Below are positions 51,112 through 59,391 of a stretch of DNA of 64,000 bases, in pieces; the stretch's first letter is position 1, and each line of letters opens with the position of its first letter. Below the pieces are notes generated by a model. It saw only the letters and a list, made by a program, of their open reading frames with translations, was not told the DNA's origin and searched no databases. Origin of the DNA: Candidatus Latescibacterota bacterium (GTDB lineage Bacteria; Latescibacterota; UBA2968; GCA-2709665); the NCBI GenBank assembly GCA_965219995.1, contig CBDCOX010000002.1, forward strand, positions 4,960,001 to 5,024,000. Direction: 5' to 3'. A program made the position numbers and the translations under genes.

Positions 51112-51981
51112 ATGTTGATTGATGCCCACAACCATCCGAACTGGCACGGCTACGATGCAAAGAGAATTCTGAACAACATGGATGAACAGGGAATCGACAG
51201 GATGTGGCTGTTTACCTGGGAGGTTCCGGAAGACGAATACGATCCGTCCTATCACAAGGCCCTGCCTCCCGGCGGGACGGGAATTCCGCTGGAAGACGTG
51301 CTGCAGGTGGGAAGGGAGGCGCGCGACCGCTTCGTGCTGGGCTATTTCCCGCATCCGAAACGGCCCGACGCGGCGGACCGCCTGCGGGCCGCGCATGAGA
51401 TACACGGCATTCAGGTTGCCAGCGAGATGAAGGTGCGGGTCCTGTTCGACGATCCGGACGCGATTCAGCTCTATAGCGCCTGCGCCGACATGAATCTGCC
51501 CATAACGATCCACCTGGACTATCCGATCGATCGTGGCCGGGGGAACTATCCCAGACCGAACTACTGGTACGGCGGGAGTATCGAGGCATTCGAGCGGGCG
51601 GTCGCGGCCTGCCCGGATACCACGTTTATCGGTCACGCGCCGGGGTTCTGGGCGCATATCTCGGGAGACGATCTTTATGACAAAGAGTCGTACCCGCGGG
51701 CGCCGGTACTTCCGGGAGGAAAACTGTGGGATCTGATGCGCCAGTACGACAATCTGTGGGCGGATCTCTCGGCGGGTTCGGCCCTGAACGCCCTCAAGCG
51801 CGACCCCGAGGTCGGAAAGAGATTCCTCGTCGAGTTTCAGGATAAACTGCTTTGGGGTCGGGACTATTTCGACACGGCACTGATGGATTTCTTTCAGGGC
51901 CTTTCGTTGCCACGGAACGCATATGACAAGATAACGTATCGGAACGCGCTGCGTATCCTCGGCGAATCCGAACCGGGGTAG
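51112..51981 (+). CDS. Amidohydrolase family protein
   Basis: IDAHNH, PITIH, IGHAP, ADLSA.S, WGRD. Confidence 0.85.
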   Translation: MLIDAHNHPNWHGYDAKRILNNMDEQGIDRMWLFTWEVPEDEYDPSYHKALPPGGTGIPLEDVLQVGREARDRFVLGYFPHPKRPDAADRLRAAHEIHGIQVASEMKVRVLFDDPDAIQLYSACADMNLPITIHLDYPIDRGRGNYPRPNYWYGGSIEAFERAVAACPDTTFIGHAPGFWAHISGDDLYDKESYPRAPVLPGGKLWDLMRQYDNLWADLSAGSALNALKRDPEVGKRFLVEFQDKLLWGRDYFDTALMDFFQGLSLPRNAYDKITYRNALRILGESEPG

Positions 51982-52002
51982 GCGAAACGTCCATGGACGC
52001 AC

Positions 52003-52036
52003 AAACGCCTCCGGTCGGTCACCTCCGGAGGCGTTT
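52003..52036. terminator. Bidirectional terminator between convergent genes
   Basis: AAACGCCTCCGG-loop-CCGGAGGCGTTT. Confidence 0.7.
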
Positions 52037-52074
52037 CCCATTCTGGAGTCGTGTCAGTCGCGGTCCTGACGTCG

Positions 52075-53193
52075 CTATCCTTTCACGAATTCCGACAGTT
52101 TCCGGGCATAGGCCGCGTTGCCGTATTCCCTGAGGATGCGGTCCTGCGCACGCGCCGCGGCGTGTCTCCGCCGGGTGTCGTGGGCCAGCCACCATCGGGC
52201 CTTGTCCCGAAGTTCCTCCAGGTCGGTCCATGTGTCGATTTCAGTTCCGATCTCGAAGATTTCCTCGATGCCTGCCACGTGATCGGTGAGCATGAATCCG
52301 CCGCTGCCGGTGATTGCGGTGTCCCGCTGATTCAGGTAACCGTGCGCGTGGGGCGAGTTGTGCTGGTTGACGTTGATCTTCGAGGCCCTGTACACACCCG
52401 GAAGTTCCGTGTAGCTCCGGAATCCGCGATAGGAATACCGGGGCAGGTTTTCAAACGTGCCGAATCCCAGGCCGCCGTAAACGTGTACCCGTCCCAGATC
52501 CGTGAGCGCGGCGACCACGTCCTGCCGCAGCGCGCGCTGCTGCGGGAAGGGGATGGTGTGGGTGATCCGTTTGACCAGGTCTTCGGATTCCAGGTATTCC
52601 TCCGGACTGCCGCCTTCTTTTGTGTAGAGCGACATGATGGTGACGGAGAAGTCACACTCCTCGTGTCGCGCCGGTCTCGCGAGTCGATGCAGTTCCATCG
52701 CCGGCGGCGGATAGAGGAGGATGGCCCTGATACCGCGACTGGCGTAAACGTCCACGCTTTCTCTGCAACACGTGGCCGCGAATTCGAACTCCGCCGTAAA
52801 ATGAGGACTCCGCAGCAGGTCCCAGGGGTCGTCCTGGGTATGGGTGACTGTTTTGCACCAGGGGAATCTCTCCCGAAGTTCCGCAATGAGTCCGGGCGGG
52901 CGGTCGTCTTTGCTGAACCACCAGATGAGCAGTTCCGGTTCGTGTTCGATAATCGTCTTGAACAGGCCCTCCCGGAAAGCGCCGTTGTCCCTGTATTTCA
53001 GGTCCCACGTTTCGTGAGGAGGGATGATGTCGGCCTCCTCCTTTGCCAGCGCGATATCGGCCTCGAGACGGGCTTCGATACACCCGCGTGTGGGTTGATA
53101 CAGAACGTCGTAGCCAATGCTCTTGAATCCCTGCTGAATGCTCCAGAGGGACTGGCCGGGCAGGAATCCGCCCAGAAGGAGAACCTTTGGCAT
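52075..53193 (-). CDS. CgeB-like glycosyltransferase
   Basis: QDDPW, YRASKI.VN.H, YLN.R..I.GSGGF.LTD, E.F..G.E. Confidence 0.8.
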   Translation of the reverse strand: MPKVLLLGGFLPGQSLWSIQQGFKSIGYDVLYQPTRGCIEARLEADIALAKEEADIIPPHETWDLKYRDNGAFREGLFKTIIEHEPELLIWWFSKDDRPPGLIAELRERFPWCKTVTHTQDDPWDLLRSPHFTAEFEFAATCCRESVDVYASRGIRAILLYPPPAMELHRLARPARHEECDFSVTIMSLYTKEGGSPEEYLESEDLVKRITHTIPFPQQRALRQDVVAALTDLGRVHVYGGLGFGTFENLPRYSYRGFRSYTELPGVYRASKINVNQHNSPHAHGYLNQRDTAITGSGGFMLTDHVAGIEEIFEIGTEIDTWTDLEELRDKARWWLAHDTRRRHAAARAQDRILREYGNAAYARKLSEFVKG

Positions 53194-53327
53194 TCGTGAA
53201 TCCTTTCAGTTCAGACAACGCGCCCGCTTCAGGGTTCATTAATCGCCGGGCGGCCGCATCAGGCCGGACCCGCCGCCTTTCGTTGATGGCCAAAGATAGG
53301 CGAATCGATATTCTCGCGAAAGACCTA

Positions 53328-53489
53328 ATGTCCTGTCCCGAAAATACCTCACCATTCTTCCGCCGATTCATCCCGTCTCGCAGCGTTGCCTTCGCTCGCC
53401 GACCTGGCCAGGTCGCCTGCGCTCTGGCGTCTTGCGAGCCGGGCGACTCGACGGCCGAATTCAGGCAACTTATTTCCGGGACAGGACAC
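53328..53489. mobile_element. 162-bp MITE, copy 2 (inverted)
   Basis: CTA-ATGTCCTGTCCC...GGGACAGGACAC-TAG; internal palindrome CGACCTGGCCAGGTCG. Confidence 0.85.
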
Positions 53490-53598
53490 TAGGCAGCCCG
53501 GTGTGCCCGCCTCGCTTTTTGAGTTGCCCGATGCGGACTTTTGTCCTTATTTGCAATCACGAGCCTTCGCGAGCGGCCCATCGAACGGAGGTGATACG

Positions 53599-54459
53599 TT
53601 GACTACGGACACGGACCTGGCTGCGCCCCGTTCTTCATTGCGGGCATGGTGGTCGAACGACGGTCATCGCTTCCTGCCGCCGGCGCTTATCACCTTTATT
53701 CTCGTCGGCAGTCAGATTACGTTTGGCATTCTCGAGGGTCTGTCGAAAACGGCGTTGGCGATTGCGGTTGCCATTGGCGCGGAGGCCGTGCTGGGCTGGC
53801 TGCACGGAAGCCGCAAAGCAAATTTCGTGAGCGGATACATTACCGGAATCAGTGTGGGGATTCTGATCCGTTCGCTCTGGCTCTGGCCGTATGCGCTTTG
53901 CAGCGCCGTGTCGATTCTTTCCAAGTACGTGGTCCGCTGGCGCGGGCGGCATCTCTGGAATCCTTCCAATCTCGGCGTGTGCGCGGTGTTCTTCCTGGCG
54001 CCGGAGATGGCCGCCGGGCTGAGCGTTCAGTGGGGCAACGCCGTCTGGGTCATGCTGGTGATCTGGGTCTTTGGCTGGATGGCCGTTTGGCGGGTAAAGC
54101 GTTTGCACATCTGCCTGACGTACGTGGTGTCTTTCCTGGTGCTGGGGTTTGTTCGAAGTCACATGACGGGGCACGCGTATCTGGCCGGCATCGCTCCAAT
54201 TACGGGCCCGATGTACCAGCTGTTCATCTTCTTTATGATTACGGATCCGAAGACAACGGTGAAGTCCAGGCGGGGCCAGTGCTGGGTTGCGTTTTCCGTG
54301 GCGGCGGTCGAAGCGGTATTGCGTTTGCATGAACAGGTCTATGCCCCGTTCTATGCGTTATTCATTGTGGGGCCGGCTGCGAACGCGGCGGAGATCTGGT
54401 TCAAAGGGCGAGGCGCCGTTTCAACGGCAGGCGGAACCCGTGGCGAAGTCGGCGGTTGA
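53599..54459 (+). CDS. RnfD/NqrB-like membrane protein (stand-alone)
   Basis: SKY...HLWNPSN.G, FFMITDPKT; multi-TM; TTG start with GGAGG. Confidence 0.75.
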   Translation: MTTDTDLAAPRSSLRAWWSNDGHRFLPPALITFILVGSQITFGILEGLSKTALAIAVAIGAEAVLGWLHGSRKANFVSGYITGISVGILIRSLWLWPYALCSAVSILSKYVVRWRGRHLWNPSNLGVCAVFFLAPEMAAGLSVQWGNAVWVMLVIWVFGWMAVWRVKRLHICLTYVVSFLVLGFVRSHMTGHAYLAGIAPITGPMYQLFIFFMITDPKTTVKSRRGQCWVAFSVAAVEAVLRLHEQVYAPFYALFIVGPAANAAEIWFKGRGAVSTAGGTRGEVGG

Positions 54460-54487
54460 TTGTGCAACCATGCGCAAGGAGGTGGCA

Positions 54488-54799
54488 ATGAAAACGGAAA
54501 TTACGGGGAAGAACCTGGAGGTGTCCGGCCGCTTGCGGGAGTACATCGAAAAGGAAACAGAAAAACTGAGACAGTTCTATGAACCGATTCTGGACACGCG
54601 GATCACCCTGGAGCGGGAAAACCGGATGTTCCGGGTTGAGATTGTGGTGCACGTCCATAACCATACATTGAAGGCCACCGACGAACAGGATGTCATTCAT
54701 CCCGCGCTTGGCGGCGCCATCGACAAGATGGTCCGACAGCTCAAGCGCGTCAAGGAGAGACAACGCAGGCCGCGGGTGCCCGCGCCGGCACGCGACTGA
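54488..54799 (+). CDS. hpf: Ribosome hibernation factor HPF/RaiA (short form)
   Basis: ITGKNLEVS..LREYI, AIDK..RQLKR.KE. Confidence 0.88.
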   Translation: MKTEITGKNLEVSGRLREYIEKETEKLRQFYEPILDTRITLERENRMFRVEIVVHVHNHTLKATDEQDVIHPALGGAIDKMVRQLKRVKERQRRPRVPAPARD

Positions 54800-54817
54800 G
54801 CGCCTGCAACTCGATCG

Positions 54818-54861
54818 AAACGCTCCCTGAACGGCGGCCGCCGCGGGAGCGTTTTCCTTTT
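54818..54861. terminator. Rho-independent terminator
   Basis: AAACGCTCCC...GGGAGCGTTTT. Confidence 0.65.
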
Positions 54862-54867
54862 GGTGGG

Positions 54868-56289
54868 TCAGGGCGTATCGGCACTGGCGCCGGCGCTGCG
54901 CCACGTCAGCCAGAGATTGCCGGCCAGTACTGCCGCCGCCGCCCATCCGAGCAGGCCGGAGAGGCCGAATGCGGTCATCGAGACCGGAAACCCGTAGGGA
55001 ACGCGATCCAGAATCTCCGCCAGGAGCAGAGGCGCAATGCGGCAGACCGCGGCAGCGGTCGCGAGATAGAACGTGACGACCACCAGGCCCGGAACGGCCA
55101 CGCCGCGTTTGTGGAGGAAGCCGGGTACCATTCGAGGCGCCATCCCAAGGAGAAGGAGGGTGATGAACCCCGCGAGATGGGTGTGGCGCAATGCATCGGG
55201 ATCGACGGGCGAGGGGAGTCGGAACAGAGCGAGCGCGCCATCCAGCAGTTCGGCCGCAGAGGCGAGGGCCAGGAAGACGAACGCGGCGTAGACAAGGCGC
55301 TCGAACCGGCCGAACTCCCCGTAGTCCGGCAGGCCCGGACGCGTGGGACGCCTGTCGGGACCGGGTTCGCCGATGCGATTTACGGTCCATGGAGGGTACC
55401 ACCGAAGCAGAACATCCAGTTTCCAGATGAAGAGAAGCATGATTCCGCCTCTCAGGACCTTTCCGATGGGCGAGAGATGAGCCAGCGTCGACGCGAAGGA
55501 CGTCTCGGCAAGTTGCGCCAGAACGGGCACGTGGATCAGAATGAGCGCGAGCAGATAGACCAGACCGTACCGGGCGACGGGCCAGCGGACGGCTGGCAGG
55601 CGCAGGTAGAGCGGAAACGTACGGACGGAAAACGCCATCGCCGTGGGAAGGATGACGAATCCGATGAATAGCTCAATGCCGAATCTGTTCCATGCGATGT
55701 GCAGCAGCGGGTTATCGCCAACGCTCGCGTGAACCGCGAGGGCGCCGGCGAGCAGTGAATACAGTCCCCATCCTGCAATCGCGATCACCAGGAAGATGCG
55801 CACCGTGTGGAGGGCAGGGCGATTCGGCGCCGCGCAGCGTAACGTAACGACCAGCAGCGCGATATAGCAAAAAACGCCCGTGGCTTCCAACAGCGCGGAG
55901 AAGCCGAACGCCCATCGCAGGCAGTCGCGGATCGGGCCTGCGGCGCCCGCGGCAAGCAGCGGCTGGGAAACGGCGCGAAGCAGGATGCCGGTGACAAGGA
56001 AACGCAAAATCCACGCCGGAAGCCGGGGATAGGGGAGCGGGGTGCCGGCCAGACGGGGCAGGAAGTAGAGGCTGACTCCAATAATGAAGAGGCCGATCCA
56101 ACCCAGAAGCTGCGCGTGTCCATGCGCCTGGAGCATGGCGACCCACCAGGCGCCCATGGAAATCTGAAAGCCGATCAATATAGCGAGGACAGCCGCATAC
56201 CCGAACCCGACCGTCAGCGCAATGAAAAGCGAGGCCAGCACAAAGCCGAAATGGAAATTGGAATGGTTGCGATTCGGGGTATCGGACAT
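54868..56289 (-). CDS. NnrS-like multi-pass membrane protein
   Basis: QAHGHAQL.GW..FI.GV...FLP, ALRH...GFI..L..GMA.RM.P.F. Confidence 0.7.
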   Translation of the reverse strand: MSDTPNRNHSNFHFGFVLASLFIALTVGFGYAAVLAILIGFQISMGAWWVAMLQAHGHAQLLGWIGLFIIGVSLYFLPRLAGTPLPYPRLPAWILRFLVTGILLRAVSQPLLAAGAAGPIRDCLRWAFGFSALLEATGVFCYIALLVVTLRCAAPNRPALHTVRIFLVIAIAGWGLYSLLAGALAVHASVGDNPLLHIAWNRFGIELFIGFVILPTAMAFSVRTFPLYLRLPAVRWPVARYGLVYLLALILIHVPVLAQLAETSFASTLAHLSPIGKVLRGGIMLLFIWKLDVLLRWYPPWTVNRIGEPGPDRRPTRPGLPDYGEFGRFERLVYAAFVFLALASAAELLDGALALFRLPSPVDPDALRHTHLAGFITLLLLGMAPRMVPGFLHKRGVAVPGLVVVTFYLATAAAVCRIAPLLLAEILDRVPYGFPVSMTAFGLSGLLGWAAAAVLAGNLWLTWRSAGASADTP

Positions 56290-56417
56290 GGTCAATGGAG
56301 TGGCTTGAGCGTCGCCTTTGTGTTTTTCGCAGGGCAATGGACCGGTTGCTTGCACTCATATTTATGTCCGCTTTCGGTATTCCGCAACCCTTTTTCCGGG
56401 ATGCAACAAGAGCGGTG

Positions 56418-56494
56418 AGACGCAAGACGGGAGAAGGAAGAAGGAAAAAGGAAGAATTAAGAATTAAGAATGAAGAATGAAGAATGAAGAATGA
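56418..56494 (+). repeat. 11-unit heptamer array with drifting sequence
   Basis: AGACGCA AGACGGG AGAAGGA AGAAGGA AAAAGGA AGAATTA x2 AGAATGA x4. Confidence 0.85.
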
Positions 56495-56981
56495 AATTGG
56501 GTTGGTCCTCGTGCGGTTTATCCATCGTATCCTGAAGGGTAGCCTGTCGGCGAACGAAAACCCGTTGGAACCGGGTTCTGGACGGCTCCAAGCTTCAAAT
56601 CTCCTTTTTTCTCTTGCGCGGGACCTACCCCCTAGCCCCCTTCCTGAGAGGAAGGAGGAACGGCGATGGGTCGATGGACTGGGCATGCAGATGTGCCGGG
56701 CTGGCGATTTCCTGTCTATCAGTGTATCAATAGATGACCGGCACGCGATGCCTGCTTTTCCTCCCCTCTCCTCACAGGAGAGGGTCCCTGCCTGACGGTG
56801 GTTTTTCGGCAGGCAGGGGGGAGAGGTCTGCGGGGCCGGGACGGGTTCGCATTTGGCTGACTGCAGTTGTTTTTCTTTGTGTCTTGGTGTCTTTGTGTGA
56901 GTTGATTTTCGCCTTTTGCTTCTAGCTGACTGCCGAATGCTGACCGCTGATCGCTGTTCTTAATGAAAGCTGGAGGTTTGT

Positions 56982-59318
56982 GTGACACCTCGAGTTCTGA
57001 ATTCAATCGTCGTCCTGTACCTGCTGAGCCTTGCAGGATGTTCGCCCCGGGAAACGGTGACCGTGTCCGGCGCGGTGAACCGTCCAGGAGACGTAACGCT
57101 TCGCCCGGGTTGGGGCGTGCAGGACTACGTGGCGGCCGCGGGGGGATTCCTGCCCGAGGTGGACACCGGGCGGGTCGCTCTGGTCCGGCATACGCGTGAC
57201 AGCGTTTCCGTCGGGACGCTTCGGAACGTGGGCACGTGGGCGGTAGAAGACGCGCCGCCCGTCGTATCCGGTGACCTGATCAGCGTTCCGTTGAAGGCAT
57301 ATCGCGTCCGTTTCGACTCCGTGCTCGCGGTAAGGAATCTGCGATTGAAATGGAAGGATCGCGTCTACGTCCTGGAACGCGGCAGAGCTGCGGTGGGTTC
57401 GACCGTTCGCGGGGCGGTGGCGGCAGTGTTCTTCGGAAAGGGCGAGGTGAGGGCGAGCGCTCCGGAGGAAACCGCAGGTCCGTTTCAGTACCTGTACGTG
57501 ACGATGCACCCGGACGGGCACGGCCTGCTGCGCCATGGGTTTGAAGGGATGCTTCACGATAGAGAGACGGCGGAGGACGCCGTGGCGCTGCATCGATTCA
57601 TGGCCAGGGCGTCCACGTTCAGGGCCGGCGAGCGGATGCATCTTCCACCCGAAGGCTATCTGCGGGTACAGGCCGGCCTCTGGCTCAGGCCGAAAAACGC
57701 GTCGTATCCCGGGAGAGGGGTACGGAAACGGCATTATAAGGATGGCAGGGTGTGGACGACGTATCCGGACGGCCGGCAGCGGTGGCGGTTTCCGGACGGC
57801 CGGGTCGTGATGCAGTTTTCCGGTTACACCCGGGAAGTGCGCTCACCGGACGGTTCGGTTCGATTCGAAAATGCGCTGGGAGGCGTAAGGACATCGTATC
57901 CGGATGGCAGGGTGGTATCTGAAGACGCCGACGGGAATCGGCACCGGGTGTACAGGGACGGACGTCAGGAGTGGCTGCGCGCTTCCGGGAACAGGATGAC
58001 GATATATCCCGATGGACGGCGGGTGCATCGGTTTGCCAGCGGTACGGCACGCACGGTACATCCGGACGGCATCGAGCGGACGGTATTCGCCGACGGGACC
58101 CGGCATGTTCGGTTTCCGGACGGAAGGGTGGAAGTCACGGCGCCCGGCGGGGCGAGAGAGACGCGGTATCCGGATGGGCGCGTTTCTGCAATCACGCCCG
58201 ACGGGCATCGGGTAAGGGTCTTCAAGGACGGCCGGCAGTTCACGCGGATGAATGACGGAACGACGGTCGAGCAGTTTCCGGATGGACGCAAGATACAGAA
58301 ACATCCATCGGGCGTGACGCTGAAGGTCTTCGCGGACCGGTCCAGGCGCACCGTGTATTCGGACGGCTCGGAAACGGTACGGCGTCCCAATGGCGTGCGG
58401 GTCGCTACGCTCGCCGACGGGACGGTGATCGAGGAGTTCCCGGACGGCCGGATCGTACAGACCGATACGTCGGGCGCGCGGCTGGAGTTTCTCTCGCCCG
58501 GCCGATATGTGGTCACGGACCTGGAGGGCAACCGCGTTGAGGCGCGACCTGACAGTACAGCCACAAAGCAGTTCGCGGAACCCTATCGATACCGCGGTTC
58601 GATCCGGCGTGACCTGATCCGGCTTGAGCGCGCGCCGGAGCGCATCTCTCCCGGCATGGAGGCGTCGGTCCGGGGTACTGTGGCCGATGCGGTCAAGGAG
58701 TTGTCAATGGCCGCCTTCGCGCTCCCGGATGGAGACGTCCTGGATATGTCTCTGGTATTCGAAGCCGAACGATTTTCGGGGTCGCTGCTGATTCCCGATC
58801 CGGGACACTATCGGTTGCAAGTCCAGGGGAAACTGGAAAACGGCGATGTTGTAATGCTGGAAGACCGCATGATGCGGGTCGGTAATCCGGTACCCCTCGT
58901 GAAGCCTGTCATCGAGATCGCGCTGTATCCGGGCGACGCGGCTGCAAGCCGCCGGCTGATGGAGATGGTGAACGCCGTGCGCGGGAGCAGGGGCCGCATG
59001 AGGCTGGACTGGGACGACGACCTGGCCTACGCGGCGGCGTCACACCTGAAGGACATGCTGGCGTACGACTCGGTTTCGCACTGGTCCCCTATGTACGGGG
59101 AACTGGTGAATCGCCTGAAACGTCTGGACATTTCGTTTGAGGTCGCGCTGGAGAACCTGGCGGCGGCGCCTTCGCTGGAAGAGGCGCACTGGCACCTGAT
59201 GTTGAGCGCGGAACACAGGCGAAATATCCTCGATCCGAGATTGACGCACATCGGAATCGCCGTGGCGCGCGAGCGGGGCCAGGTGTGGGTGGCCGAAATC
59301 TTCAAGCGGAGAGAATAG
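56982..59318 (+). CDS. Lipoprotein: SLBB domain, PDG beta-hairpin repeats, CAP (SCP) domain
   Basis: Lipobox LAGC; VSGAV.RPG...AGG SLBB; many (Y/F)PDG repeats; CAP motifs VN..R, H..DM, ENLA, S.EHR.NIL, HIGIAV. Confidence 0.78.
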   Translation: MTPRVLNSIVVLYLLSLAGCSPRETVTVSGAVNRPGDVTLRPGWGVQDYVAAAGGFLPEVDTGRVALVRHTRDSVSVGTLRNVGTWAVEDAPPVVSGDLISVPLKAYRVRFDSVLAVRNLRLKWKDRVYVLERGRAAVGSTVRGAVAAVFFGKGEVRASAPEETAGPFQYLYVTMHPDGHGLLRHGFEGMLHDRETAEDAVALHRFMARASTFRAGERMHLPPEGYLRVQAGLWLRPKNASYPGRGVRKRHYKDGRVWTTYPDGRQRWRFPDGRVVMQFSGYTREVRSPDGSVRFENALGGVRTSYPDGRVVSEDADGNRHRVYRDGRQEWLRASGNRMTIYPDGRRVHRFASGTARTVHPDGIERTVFADGTRHVRFPDGRVEVTAPGGARETRYPDGRVSAITPDGHRVRVFKDGRQFTRMNDGTTVEQFPDGRKIQKHPSGVTLKVFADRSRRTVYSDGSETVRRPNGVRVATLADGTVIEEFPDGRIVQTDTSGARLEFLSPGRYVVTDLEGNRVEARPDSTATKQFAEPYRYRGSIRRDLIRLERAPERISPGMEASVRGTVADAVKELSMAAFALPDGDVLDMSLVFEAERFSGSLLIPDPGHYRLQVQGKLENGDVVMLEDRMMRVGNPVPLVKPVIEIALYPGDAAASRRLMEMVNAVRGSRGRMRLDWDDDLAYAAASHLKDMLAYDSVSHWSPMYGELVNRLKRLDISFEVALENLAAAPSLEEAHWHLMLSAEHRRNILDPRLTHIGIAVARERGQVWVAEIFKRRE

Positions 59319-59391
59319 GACAAAGGCGCGGGGCCGCTTGCAGACGTTTTCGCGCAGGCGCCTCGGGCCTGTACATATATGAGGATTTGCC

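Noticed and set aside
57740-58560. PDG repeats as an RHS/YD toxin core
   Set aside because: No YD consensus, no PxxxxDPxG cleavage motif and no toxin-immunity pair.
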